Source: Minisyncoccota bacterium
GTDB lineage: Bacteria; Patescibacteriota; Minisyncoccia; Phycocordibacterales; UBA9973
Assembly: GCA_028718635.1 (NCBI GenBank)
Contig: JAQULK010000001.1
Span: 24,626-88,625, forward strand
DNA: 64,000 bases
Reading direction: 5' to 3'
Shown here one piece after another: positions 36,339 through 45,452 of this stretch (the stretch's first letter is position 1; every line of letters begins with the position of its first letter). The notes beneath the pieces are model-generated. The model did not search any database. It worked only from the letters and a program-made list of their open reading frames with translations, and was not told the origin of the DNA. Position numbers and translations under genes: made by a program.

Positions 36339-36764
36339 TTATGAAAAAATATCTGTTATATAAAATTGCAATGTCTTAGTAAGAGTGGCGCCTCCCTCCG
36401 GCCAAGAAACTGTGACTGTAATTAATTTTGTTCCAGGATCAAGAGTGCCTCCGGAACCGACTATGTTTTTAGTGTCGTTGTCTCGGTTCACATCCGAAGC
36501 GACGACTGTTCTGTTGAAAATACCTACTTGCTCCGAAGTACTGAGGGTGGACACATTGCTCCAAGCATTATCTCGGGCGATTCGCGCATTTTCCGCTCCT
36601 TCCTCCAACAAGAATGACGCTTGAGTCATATGAAAAGCTTGGCGAGAAACATATATTGATTTTTGAGCGACCGTCATCGCAGCTAAAATAGAAACAGTAA
36701 TAATGGAAACGGCTACAAGTACTTCAACCACCATGAACCCTCTATTTTGAAATATTTTAGTCAT
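36339..36764 (-). CDS. Type IV pilin-like / pseudopilin
   Basis: 141 aa; prepilin signal NRG|FMVVEVLVAVSII (Glu +5). Confidence 0.6.
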   Translation of the reverse strand: MTKIFQNRGFMVVEVLVAVSIITVSILAAMTVAQKSIYVSRQAFHMTQASFLLEEGAENARIARDNAWSNVSTLSTSEQVGIFNRTVVASDVNRDNDTKNIVGSGGTLDPGTKLITVTVSWPEGGATLTKTLQFYITDIFS

Positions 36765-36767
36765 TTT

Positions 36768-37226
36768 TTAATCCACACTAGCCACTCCCGTAGCAGAAAT
36801 TGTAATAATTTTTGAATAGACAGGAGTGGAAATAGTTATTGTGCCAGTCTTACTCGGACTTCCAGAAAGACGATTAAAATAAATATCCACGGGTAGGGTA
36901 AGTGTACCACTAGATATAATAGCAGGTGTTGCAATACTTATTGTTTCATCTTTTGTTGTATCCCGAGTGGAAAAATCTGTGCCTTTAAAAATTATAACTT
37001 TGTCAGATTGGAAATGCACTCCATAAGAAGAAGAATTCAAAGATGCAAGCGTTTCCCCGCGCGCTTTATCTATAGACGATAACGTATCGGAAACTCCGCT
37101 TTTCAACACTTGATTCTCTCTCATTTTAGAAAATTGCGGAATAACAACTGAAAAAATAATACCGAGCACTGCTAATACTACCAATAACTCTATAATTGTT
37201 ATTCCTTTTTTGTATAAATTTTTCAT
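36768..37226 (-). CDS. Type IV pilin-like / pseudopilin
   Basis: 152 aa; prepilin signal KKG|ITIIELLVVLAVLGI (Glu +5). Confidence 0.6.
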   Translation of the reverse strand: MKNLYKKGITIIELLVVLAVLGIIFSVVIPQFSKMRENQVLKSGVSDTLSSIDKARGETLASLNSSSYGVHFQSDKVIIFKGTDFSTRDTTKDETISIATPAIISSGTLTLPVDIYFNRLSGSPSKTGTITISTPVYSKIITISATGVASVD

Positions 37227-37236
37227 TATTATTCTT

Positions 37237-37638
37237 TTAGGTTAACCTTCTTGTCTCTTTGTCTGATTGTTTTAAAGCAATAATTAGAATACTGATTACA
37301 ACATACATAATACTTACCCATTTGAATATCTGTTCAGGGTATGGAGAAAAATAATCACCGGAACTAGGGTTTGGGTAAAAAATAAAAAGCAGGGTGGCAA
37401 GAGGAATAAACCAAATGGCAAACTTTTTCCAGGCGGAAAAGGCTTGCTGTGCAAAAATTAGTATAAAGAATACAAGTGCTAGTGCAGACATGCCATAGAA
37501 AAGCGCCTTGGATGTATTTATTAAGTTGTAGCAGAAAATACTATACCCGCATTCATAAAACTTCAATAAAAAAAAACCTATCCCCAAACCAAACAAAGAA
37601 AGTAATAGTAAACCAAAAGTAATTTTTTTTGTATTCAT
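37237..37638 (-). CDS. Small hypothetical membrane protein
   Basis: 133 aa, 4 hydrophobic helices. Confidence 0.35.
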   Translation of the reverse strand: MNTKKITFGLLLLSLFGLGIGFFLLKFYECGYSIFCYNLINTSKALFYGMSALALVFFILIFAQQAFSAWKKFAIWFIPLATLLFIFYPNPSSGDYFSPYPEQIFKWVSIMYVVISILIIALKQSDKETRRLT

Positions 37639-37644
37639 ATTTTT

Positions 37645-40548
37645 TTATTTTATAAGATTTTCAATCTGACTCAAAAGATTAATAAGTGTCTGCGCATCAG
37701 TATCAGATATTTTATCTTTCCCAGCTTCTCTCAATATACTGCTTGCTAAATTAGATGGGACTCTAACTAACGTTCTCTTTTTTTCAAGATTGGATATTTT
37801 TCTCAAGAGACTTTGTTTGAACTTGTCGCTAATAACTATCATAGATATTTCTTCTTTAAGAAGCGCAATAAGTCCATTAAGAGAAAGACCTTCGTCTGGG
37901 GGAATTATTTTAATTACTCCTTCTCCATTCACATCAAGTTTTATGGTCGTATTTTCTGGTGTAGCACTTTGCACAGTGAAAGTCGCAGCAGTCGAACTTG
38001 TTGTTGGAATATCTGTATATGAAACTATTGGCGTTGCCACATCGGCAGTAAAATTTTCAATCGCAACAGTGGTTGGTCCATTGCCATCTCCTTTGTAGAT
38101 GAAGTTGTAATTACCCACCTTGGGTAGAAATATATTTTGACTTCCACTCGTGTAAAGAAACGTGCTTCCTGGAATATTTTCTTTAATAGAGAGTACATTA
38201 GCAGAAAGGTCTTGATTTGGATCAATACCAGTAAAATTTCCAAGTTGATCATATACACCAAGAATGACGGGAGAGTGAGTACTGACAATAAGTTGGTCAC
38301 TAAGGTTTGCTACTAGTGGTTTCGTGGTTGATAGAAAATCTATATTTGTAATATCTTCTTTTTTAGTTACTGATTGTATTAAGTTCTGTAATGTATTTGT
38401 GCTGAGTAAGTCTCGATGTTGAGCATTAGAATTAAACGCTTTGTTGTAATCTATAATGTTGAAAAAATATGTTTCATCAGCAACCAACGAAACTGCACTT
38501 GGAAAAACAACCGTTCCATCACCCTCGATAGTAAATTTTGTATCATAGTTTGGATATCCATGATCCATTTTATATTCAATAGATTTTGTTGTCGGACTAC
38601 CCCAACCTGCAACCTGAACAACGCGAATATGATCTGGAAATTGATAATTGTCGTATGTACTATGAAAATTGGCAGCATTTGTCATAAACTCAGGTCGCAG
38701 TACTTCCGGGTCCTGTAGGTTTTGTTCTATTGGTTTGGTGCGTATTATTCCTGTCCCAGTCACAAATGATAGAAAACCAGAGTAGGTATTGATAGCTGTT
38801 CCCCAGAAATCTCTCCATACTTGAGTAAATGGAGCATCTGTATTGAATGTGATAACTGGATTCGATATCTTAGTAAAATATTGAGGAGAAGGAAGTAAAT
38901 TATAGGCACTAGGCATATTTTGAGCTATTCTACGTATACCTATAGGGTTAGTTATTAACCCAGCCACAATTCCTTCATCGTCTCCATGAAGTATCGAAGC
39001 TACCGCTTGCGGTGTTCCAAGCTGGGGTGTACCTACCATCACAAAAGAATCAATTATATTATCTTTCCCTTCGTCTTGAAGTTTTTTTATTATTGTCTTT
39101 CCTAGAAAACCCCCCATAGAATGAGCAATGATTGTAACTTTTCCTGTTTTTGATTGCGATGCAAGGGTTTCTATTTCTTGCATGACATCAACTGTTCCAT
39201 TGGCTGTTTTTACACCATTTTGAAGTATTGTTTCCGGCGAGAATCTCCAATCATACGCAAATGGTATCCATTCCTTCATTGTTCCATTGGCAACCAAACC
39301 ATTCATGAAATTTGAAAAGGGAGCATATATTGGAGTGCCGTAAAATGTATTCAAAACACCATCAGTATGAACATCATTCACACTTTCACCGCTAGTTGTA
39401 AGCGCTAGTTGGGATACATCGTTAAAACTAAATATTGTCGGTGGCCAAAGTGTATCTGAACCAGTTTTCAAAACACTTCCTTTAATTCCTGGTAGAAAAA
39501 GAACACTTGAACAACACGGATGCTGCACAGGTTCACCAATTGAAATTTTACTGATAATATTAGAATTAGGATTAGTTACCCACACAGAATTTGTGACACC
39601 CTCAAAGGCGATATCATATGGTTTTGTCGCAACCGCATAATCAATTTTTGCGCCAGTGTAAATATCTACTTTGCTAATAGTATTAGAACTATAATTTGTT
39701 ACCCATATTGAATTGGTTGTGTTGTCAAAAGTAGCATTAAATGAATCCGCCCCCACCGCATAATCGGCCATAGCACCAGTAAAGATATTTACTTTAATGA
39801 TGGTGTCAGCAAGGTAACTTACCGCCCAGACAGAGTTGGTGATATTATCAAATGCAAGGCCATATAATTGCTCATTGCCCAATCCTGTTGAATAATCAGT
39901 TCTTACTCCCGTATAAATGTTTACTTTACTAATGAAGGGAGAATAATTTCCTATCCATATAGAGTTTGTAACATTATCGAAAACAATACCTCGAGGATAA
40001 TACCAGTCAAAATAATCTGTTCTAGCACCAGTAAAGATATTTACTTTGCTAAGTATACCGGTAGTCTCGTCAGTGGTTACCCACACAGAATTTGTGACAC
40101 CCTCAAAGGCGATATCATATGGTTTTGTCGCAACCGCATAATCAATTTTTGCGCCAGTGTAAATATCTACTTTGCTAATAGTATTAGAACTATAATTTGT
40201 TACCCACACAGAATTGGTCACATTGTCGAACGCTACCGCCCGAGGGTTTATTCCAACCGCATAATCAATTTTTGCGCCAGTGTAAATATCTACCTTACTG
40301 ACAGTGTTAGAATGATAATTTGCAACCCACATTGAATTGGTTATTTTATCAAAAGCAACTCCAATGGGATAATCCCCTACTGGATAATCAACCTTAGTGT
40401 CTGTTGGAAGAGTCACGATTTGTGCGGAAGTGACACTAACCAAAGAAAAAAACGAAAAAATAACAAGCGAGACTAGTACAAAATTACACCAGTGTTTTAT
40501 TTTAATCATTAAGGTAATTATATAACTTTGCTTAAGATACACAAACAA
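37645..40548 (-). CDS. Large surface protein: N-terminal YVTN-type beta-propeller repeats + C-terminal alpha/beta-hydrolase (lipase/PGAP1-like, GHSMGG) domain
   Basis: 967 aa; signal/TM at N-term; about 7 repeats of VDIYTGAKIDYAVATKPYDIAFEGVTNSVWVTNYSSNTISK; lipase nucleophile elbow IIAHSMGGFLG. Confidence 0.55.
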   Translation of the reverse strand: MFVYLKQSYIITLMIKIKHWCNFVLVSLVIFSFFSLVSVTSAQIVTLPTDTKVDYPVGDYPIGVAFDKITNSMWVANYHSNTVSKVDIYTGAKIDYAVGINPRAVAFDNVTNSVWVTNYSSNTISKVDIYTGAKIDYAVATKPYDIAFEGVTNSVWVTTDETTGILSKVNIFTGARTDYFDWYYPRGIVFDNVTNSIWIGNYSPFISKVNIYTGVRTDYSTGLGNEQLYGLAFDNITNSVWAVSYLADTIIKVNIFTGAMADYAVGADSFNATFDNTTNSIWVTNYSSNTISKVDIYTGAKIDYAVATKPYDIAFEGVTNSVWVTNPNSNIISKISIGEPVQHPCCSSVLFLPGIKGSVLKTGSDTLWPPTIFSFNDVSQLALTTSGESVNDVHTDGVLNTFYGTPIYAPFSNFMNGLVANGTMKEWIPFAYDWRFSPETILQNGVKTANGTVDVMQEIETLASQSKTGKVTIIAHSMGGFLGKTIIKKLQDEGKDNIIDSFVMVGTPQLGTPQAVASILHGDDEGIVAGLITNPIGIRRIAQNMPSAYNLLPSPQYFTKISNPVITFNTDAPFTQVWRDFWGTAINTYSGFLSFVTGTGIIRTKPIEQNLQDPEVLRPEFMTNAANFHSTYDNYQFPDHIRVVQVAGWGSPTTKSIEYKMDHGYPNYDTKFTIEGDGTVVFPSAVSLVADETYFFNIIDYNKAFNSNAQHRDLLSTNTLQNLIQSVTKKEDITNIDFLSTTKPLVANLSDQLIVSTHSPVILGVYDQLGNFTGIDPNQDLSANVLSIKENIPGSTFLYTSGSQNIFLPKVGNYNFIYKGDGNGPTTVAIENFTADVATPIVSYTDIPTTSSTAATFTVQSATPENTTIKLDVNGEGVIKIIPPDEGLSLNGLIALLKEEISMIVISDKFKQSLLRKISNLEKKRTLVRVPSNLASSILREAGKDKISDTDAQTLINLLSQIENLIK
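39579..39715. repeat. About 137-bp exact intragenic duplication (copy A) in beta-propeller gene
   Basis: Identical to 40075-40212; a third partial copy near 40258-40300. Confidence 0.75.
40075..40212. repeat. About 137-bp exact intragenic duplication (copy B)
   Basis: CCCACACAGAATTTGTGACACCCTCAAAGGCGATATCATATGG... Confidence 0.75.
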
Positions 40549-40567
40549 ACTGATGTGAATAAGTAAC

Positions 40568-41785
40568 TTAATTTATGCTTCCTAAAATTGAATAAAGCGG
40601 GGAAATCATCGAGATTGCAAAAAAACCGACTCCAGCCCCGATAACGATCATTAGTAATGGCTCAATAATTGTGGAGAGATTTTTGGTTTTATTTTCAACC
40701 TCTTCTTCATAAAACAAAGCAATCTCGAGCAGCATATCAGATAATTTTCCTGTCTCTTCTCCGACTTGAATCATTTCTGACATCATTACAGGATATAAAT
40801 TCTGGTGAGCCTCAAAGGCTTTAGAAAAAGGTTCTCCCTTTTCTATCGCTAATTTTGCTTCATTTAAAACTTTTTTATAATAAATATTTTGCACCACGTC
40901 TTGCGTGATTTCAATTGCTCTTGTGATAGAAACACCAGAAGACAAAAGAGAAGAAACAGTACGTGCAGTACGCGCAGTGTTTAATTCTCTTGTTAAATTA
41001 TTAACAATTGGGATCTTTAAAACAATAAAATCAATATATGGAGCCATAAATTTGGCTCGAAAAAGAGAAAAAATGCCAAAAGCTGCCCCAAAAATAATTA
41101 CAAAGGTCAATATCAAATTATTGGAAAAAAAATTACCAACAAAAACAAGTATTTGAGTGGAAAGAGGCAATTTCACTCCGAGTTCTTTAAAGGTGCCTGC
41201 TAAAGTGGGAACCACGAAAGCAAACATTAAAACACCGATAATAACCATCGCCGACATAATAACGCTAGGATAAATGAGCGCACCTTTTATTTTTTTAGTC
41301 AAGGAACTTGATTTTTCAAGATTTAATCCAATATCAGAGAGCGCTCCGGCAAGATTCCCAGATTCTTCCCCGGCGCGAACCATTGAAACGAAAAGTTTTG
41401 AAAAAACATCAGGAAATTTTGCAAGAGCGGAAGAAAAAGTTTCTCCGGAATCTATATCATTTACCAAAGATGTTAAAATTCTACTAAGTTTAGGATTTTT
41501 TGTTTGCTTTTTTAAAACCGATAAAGCTCTGGAAAGCGAAAGGCCCGCTTTTATCATTCCGCTTAAATTTTTAGTAAAGATAATCTGTTCTCCGATTTTT
41601 ATTTTTGTAAAAACACCGGATAATGCCAAGAATTTATTAACAAAATTTTCTTTTTTTTCTGTAATTGATAACGGAATGTATCCGCGCGAACGCAATTCAC
41701 GAGCAAGAGCATAGCGATCAGTGGCGTCTAAAATACTTTCCAAAATTTCCCCTGTTTTTGATTTTGCGCTGTAAGAAAAAAGCAT
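40568..41785 (-). CDS. pilC: Type II secretion / type IV pilus platform protein (GspF/PilC family)
   Basis: 405 aa; two T2SSF repeats, 3 TM segments, characteristic length. Confidence 0.75.
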   Translation of the reverse strand: MLFSYSAKSKTGEILESILDATDRYALARELRSRGYIPLSITEKKENFVNKFLALSGVFTKIKIGEQIIFTKNLSGMIKAGLSLSRALSVLKKQTKNPKLSRILTSLVNDIDSGETFSSALAKFPDVFSKLFVSMVRAGEESGNLAGALSDIGLNLEKSSSLTKKIKGALIYPSVIMSAMVIIGVLMFAFVVPTLAGTFKELGVKLPLSTQILVFVGNFFSNNLILTFVIIFGAAFGIFSLFRAKFMAPYIDFIVLKIPIVNNLTRELNTARTARTVSSLLSSGVSITRAIEITQDVVQNIYYKKVLNEAKLAIEKGEPFSKAFEAHQNLYPVMMSEMIQVGEETGKLSDMLLEIALFYEEEVENKTKNLSTIIEPLLMIVIGAGVGFFAISMISPLYSILGSIN

Positions 41786-41905
41786 CCCGTTAGAAGCAGA
41801 TCGCGATCAATTCACGCGTCTGACTTTTTTTGTTACAAATATTTCTAATATTTAATTTCATATTTTTATTTAGTTTTAAATTGCGATCGCGGCTTCTAAC
41901 GGGAT
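41784..41905. repeat. Intergenic palindromic element, copy 5: pilB-pilC spacer
   Basis: ATCCCGTTAGAAGCAGATCGCGATC ... GCGATCGCGGCTTCTAACGGGAT; inner stem co-varies with copy 4 (GGTC/GACC -> GATC/GATC); abuts pilC ATG; partial arm duplication GGGATTACTCTGGGATTACTCC before pilB stop. Confidence 0.8.
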
Positions 41906-41915
41906 TACTCTGGGA

Positions 41916-43718
41916 TTACTCCGAAACCACTCGAAACACTTCTTCTAGAGAAGTAATACCCAAGACCGCCTGAAAGACTCCATCCTCGATCATGGTCATC
42001 ATTCCCTCTTTTTTGGCTTGCGCTTCAATGTCATCCTGAGAACCTCCCTTGAGGATCATTTCCCTGATGGTAGGAGTTACTTTTAGCACTTCATGCATTC
42101 CGATACGATCTGAATATCCATCTTCAAATTCAGCGCTCTTTACTGCTTTATAAAAAGGAATTTCATCCCAAGTATCTTTTTCCTTTATAATATTTTCATT
42201 TTTTAAAAAATCTAGCACCCTATCTAAATCAACTATCTTTCCCAGATTTTTTATCTCATCAGGAGACAAAAAATATTTTTCTTTATTCGACGTAAGCCTG
42301 CGCACTAGTCTTTGAGCAATGATTGTCTTTACGGTGGCAGTTATTAAAAAAGGCTCCACTCCCATATCTATAAGTCTTGGAATCGCGCCAGAGGCAGAAT
42401 TGGTATGAATCGTAGAAAGAACCAAGTGTCCAGTAAGGGAAGCATTGACGGCCAATCCTGCCGTCTCTCCATCGCGAATTTCTCCCACCATCACAATGTC
42501 CGGATCTTGACGCAACAGCGAACGAAGCCCATTTGCAAAAGTTAAGCCGATCTCCGGTTTGACTTGTGTTTGATTTACTCTCGGCATTTGATATTCGATA
42601 GGATCTTCCACTGTAGAAATATTAACTTCCGGTCTATTTAAAAGATCAAGCATGGTATACAGAGTAGTAGTCTTTCCGCTTCCAGTCGGGCCAGTGGCGA
42701 GCACCATCCCGGTTTTTTGTTTCAATGAATTATGGATTCGTTCCAATCCCTCGCCGTGGAAACCTAGCACCTCCAAAGAAAAACCGTGCGCATTTTCTTT
42801 TAAAATTCTAATCACCGTCTTTTCTCCAAAGAAAGTCGGTAAAGTGGAAACACGGAAAGAAATTTTTTCTCCATTTTGCTCTATTTTAAATCTGCCGTCT
42901 TGAGGTAATCTTTTTTCATCCAATTTTAAATTGGACAATACTTTGATGCGCGCAGTTATCCCGGAGCCGGCGTTTTTTTCCAAGACCATCGCGTCATGCA
43001 GGATGCCGTCTATTCGATAACGCACGGTAAGCTCGCTCTCTCCGGGCTCAATATGAATATCAGAAGCATTTTGCAAGATTGCGTGAAAAATCAGGGAATC
43101 CACTATCTTAACCACTGGTAAGTCCTCCGCCATTTCTTTCAATTCCAATTCAGACTTTTCGCCGGTTTTTTCTGTAAAATTTTCACTATCCTCTCCTACT
43201 GAAGCATTCAAGTTAGCAGTTTCTTTTTGGATGATATCTTGAAACTCGGATTTCAAACTCTGCCGATATTGAACCAAGACAGATTTTATAGAAGTCGTGT
43301 CAGTGAGTCTAGGCAAGATTTTTAACCCCGAACGTTTTTTAATAAAATCAATAACCGGAAGGTCATCCACATCAAGCATTGCCACCTCCAAGCCATTCTC
43401 GCTTTTTTTATAGGCAACAATATTATAATTGCGCGCAATCGGTTCAGGAACAAAAGAAAGTACCGAGAAATCTATTTTTTGATCATTTAAATTAACGAAT
43501 GGTATTCCTAAAACAAAAGCTTCTATTCGTTTTAAATCTGTTTCGGATATTTTTCCTTCAGAAAGTAAAATGTCGCCTACTTTTTGTTTTTTAGTTTCGG
43601 CTTTTTTAAACGCATCGTCAAGATCTGCTTTAGACACCAGTCCCTCATCTAAAATAAATTTCTTCAACTGTTCTTCGTCGATTTGCATGTAGATATAGTA
43701 TAGCAAAAATTTATACAA
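41916..43718 (-). CDS. pilB: Type IV pilus assembly ATPase (GspE/PilB family) with N-terminal GSPII_E_N domain
   Basis: 600 aa; Walker A GPTGSGKTTTLY, Asp box, His box, N-terminal MshEN-like domain. Confidence 0.8.
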   Translation of the reverse strand: MYKFLLYYIYMQIDEEQLKKFILDEGLVSKADLDDAFKKAETKKQKVGDILLSEGKISETDLKRIEAFVLGIPFVNLNDQKIDFSVLSFVPEPIARNYNIVAYKKSENGLEVAMLDVDDLPVIDFIKKRSGLKILPRLTDTTSIKSVLVQYRQSLKSEFQDIIQKETANLNASVGEDSENFTEKTGEKSELELKEMAEDLPVVKIVDSLIFHAILQNASDIHIEPGESELTVRYRIDGILHDAMVLEKNAGSGITARIKVLSNLKLDEKRLPQDGRFKIEQNGEKISFRVSTLPTFFGEKTVIRILKENAHGFSLEVLGFHGEGLERIHNSLKQKTGMVLATGPTGSGKTTTLYTMLDLLNRPEVNISTVEDPIEYQMPRVNQTQVKPEIGLTFANGLRSLLRQDPDIVMVGEIRDGETAGLAVNASLTGHLVLSTIHTNSASGAIPRLIDMGVEPFLITATVKTIIAQRLVRRLTSNKEKYFLSPDEIKNLGKIVDLDRVLDFLKNENIIKEKDTWDEIPFYKAVKSAEFEDGYSDRIGMHEVLKVTPTIREMILKGGSQDDIEAQAKKEGMMTMIEDGVFQAVLGITSLEEVFRVVSE

Positions 43719-43866
43719 CCCCCTAAATCCCCCTTGTCAGGGGGACTACCTCACCCCTTGCTTTCCCCCTCTCCTTAATAAGGAGAGGGGCTGGGGAGAG
43801 GTGAATTCCTCCCCTGACAAGGGGAGGGCAGGAGGGGTTGGGAGGGGGTCAGGAGGGGTTGAATTT
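43719..43866. repeat. Composite of three tandem family-P palindromes in the pilB upstream intergenic region
   Basis: CCCCCTTGTCAGGGGG ... CCCCTCTCCTTAATAAGGAGAGGGGCTGGGGAGAGGTGAATT ... CCTCCCCTGACAAGGGGAGG ... GGGAGGGGGTCAGGAGGGG. Confidence 0.8.
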
Positions 43867-43867
43867 G

Positions 43868-45349
43868 TTATTCTTCTATATACCCTGGAATTTTCTTTTG
43901 TGAACAAGAATCAGATCCACAAGTCCAAGTCCACTTAGTGGGACTACTTATTCTATTTGTACCAGAATCACAAGTATGATCAGCCGAACCAAGAGGACAA
44001 ACAGCAGGATCACCGTCACATTTGTAATGTTTCATTGGAAGAATATTACAGCCACCAGAAATACAAGATCCACCAGTACATGATTGAGAAGAATTTCCCA
44101 AACAATTAGCTCCGCCATTTGCTGGGCTTGGATTTGTACAAGAACGAGATTGGTTACAAGAAGCATCACAAGTACTCCAATCGCTCCACCCACCATCAAC
44201 AGGAGTAAGTATCACTGCACATTTCGCCCCATCCCAACCGGTTCCTCCTGCGCAAGTTGCAGTAGCTGTAGTAGTGGCAAGTAATTTTGAATTATTATAA
44301 AGATAAAAATTTCTGGTGCCTTTTGGAGAGCCACCGGTTACAGAATAAGTTGCTGAACCTGACAATCCAGTTGCCACAATGATATTTGTAGGAGTTGTGA
44401 CTGAAGAAGAAGTCCACTCAGGATTAGTTGTAGTCCAAGCTAGGTTTGTAATGCAACTACTTGCTCCGGATGCAATAGTACAATTAGAAGCAGTTAAGGT
44501 GCCATACATGCCTGTGCTTGCTACTGTGAAGGTAGCAGAGGCAGTCAGACCACTGTATGTAGCTCGAATAGAAGTAGAACCACCACTTACTGCAGTGGCT
44601 AAACCAGAAGAGTTAACAGTGGCAATAGCAGTATTGAGTGAAGACCAGGTAGCTGAGCTAGTCACAGTCTGACTAGCTTGAGGACCGGAACCGTCTGGAT
44701 CGTAAGTAGCTACGAACTGCTGAGTTTCTCCGACATTCTTGGTAGCAGAAGAAGGGGTGACGACAAGGGTAGGGGTAGGAGCCGCTGAAACAGCAACACC
44801 ACTAAAATCAATCCAACCCACGACTTCACTCCCCCAACCACATTCAGTCGAAGGACAGCTAGATGGTGTAGAACTAGTACTATCCAAAGTTACCCCATAT
44901 CCTGTACCAGAAAGAGCAATCCAACCATCCCAACCACTACTGCCATCTCCTCCAGAAACTGCTTTTGCCCAACCAGTTAAATTACTACCTGTAATTTTCG
45001 CGTTATCAGCGGTGGTTCCACTACCAGTCGGCCAACCAGAAAGTCCGCCGAACTTTATCCATCCGATATTGGGTGACCAAGCGTAACCTGTAAGATAACC
45101 GCTCGCATCTTTATTGACGCCATAGCTCGAAGTCGCGCAATTATTACCAGTGTTCGTGCAGTTGAAACTAATCCAACCGATATTTGATGACCAAGCATAA
45201 CCGGAAATATTGTCCGTAGTGCTTGCTGAGGCTAAAAAAGGTAAAAAACAAAAAACTCCAAACACTAAAACAAAAATAACTTTTAAGAAAGATTCCGAAA
45301 AAAAATTCGGAAAAAACTTCGAGGGAAACTTTGGGAAATAAATTTTCAT
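43868..45349 (-). CDS. Secreted repeat protein with G(Y)AWSxNIGWIxF repeats, Big_2-like Ig domain and Cys-rich C-terminus
   Basis: 493 aa; TM/signal near N-term; repeated GYAWSSNIGWISF / GYAWSPNIGWIKF / VVGWIDFSG motifs; Ig-like segment ATKNVGETQQFVATY...SIRATYSGL. Confidence 0.45.
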   Translation of the reverse strand: MKIYFPKFPSKFFPNFFSESFLKVIFVLVFGVFCFLPFLASASTTDNISGYAWSSNIGWISFNCTNTGNNCATSSYGVNKDASGYLTGYAWSPNIGWIKFGGLSGWPTGSGTTADNAKITGSNLTGWAKAVSGGDGSSGWDGWIALSGTGYGVTLDSTSSTPSSCPSTECGWGSEVVGWIDFSGVAVSAAPTPTLVVTPSSATKNVGETQQFVATYDPDGSGPQASQTVTSSATWSSLNTAIATVNSSGLATAVSGGSTSIRATYSGLTASATFTVASTGMYGTLTASNCTIASGASSCITNLAWTTTNPEWTSSSVTTPTNIIVATGLSGSATYSVTGGSPKGTRNFYLYNNSKLLATTTATATCAGGTGWDGAKCAVILTPVDGGWSDWSTCDASCNQSRSCTNPSPANGGANCLGNSSQSCTGGSCISGGCNILPMKHYKCDGDPAVCPLGSADHTCDSGTNRISSPTKWTWTCGSDSCSQKKIPGYIEE

Positions 45350-45429
45350 AATTTTATTATTATACTCCCTACGCTATAAAAAATACACAATGAGTTATCC
45401 ACAGAAACACAGAAATACAACCTTACATC

Positions 45430-45452
45430 CTAGCAAGAACTGTTCTTGCTAG
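45430..45452. repeat. Hairpin CTAGCAAGAAC TG TTCTTGCTAG downstream of DUF4143 ATPase gene
   Basis: Perfect 10-bp stem; partner copy at 46632-46654. Confidence 0.6.
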
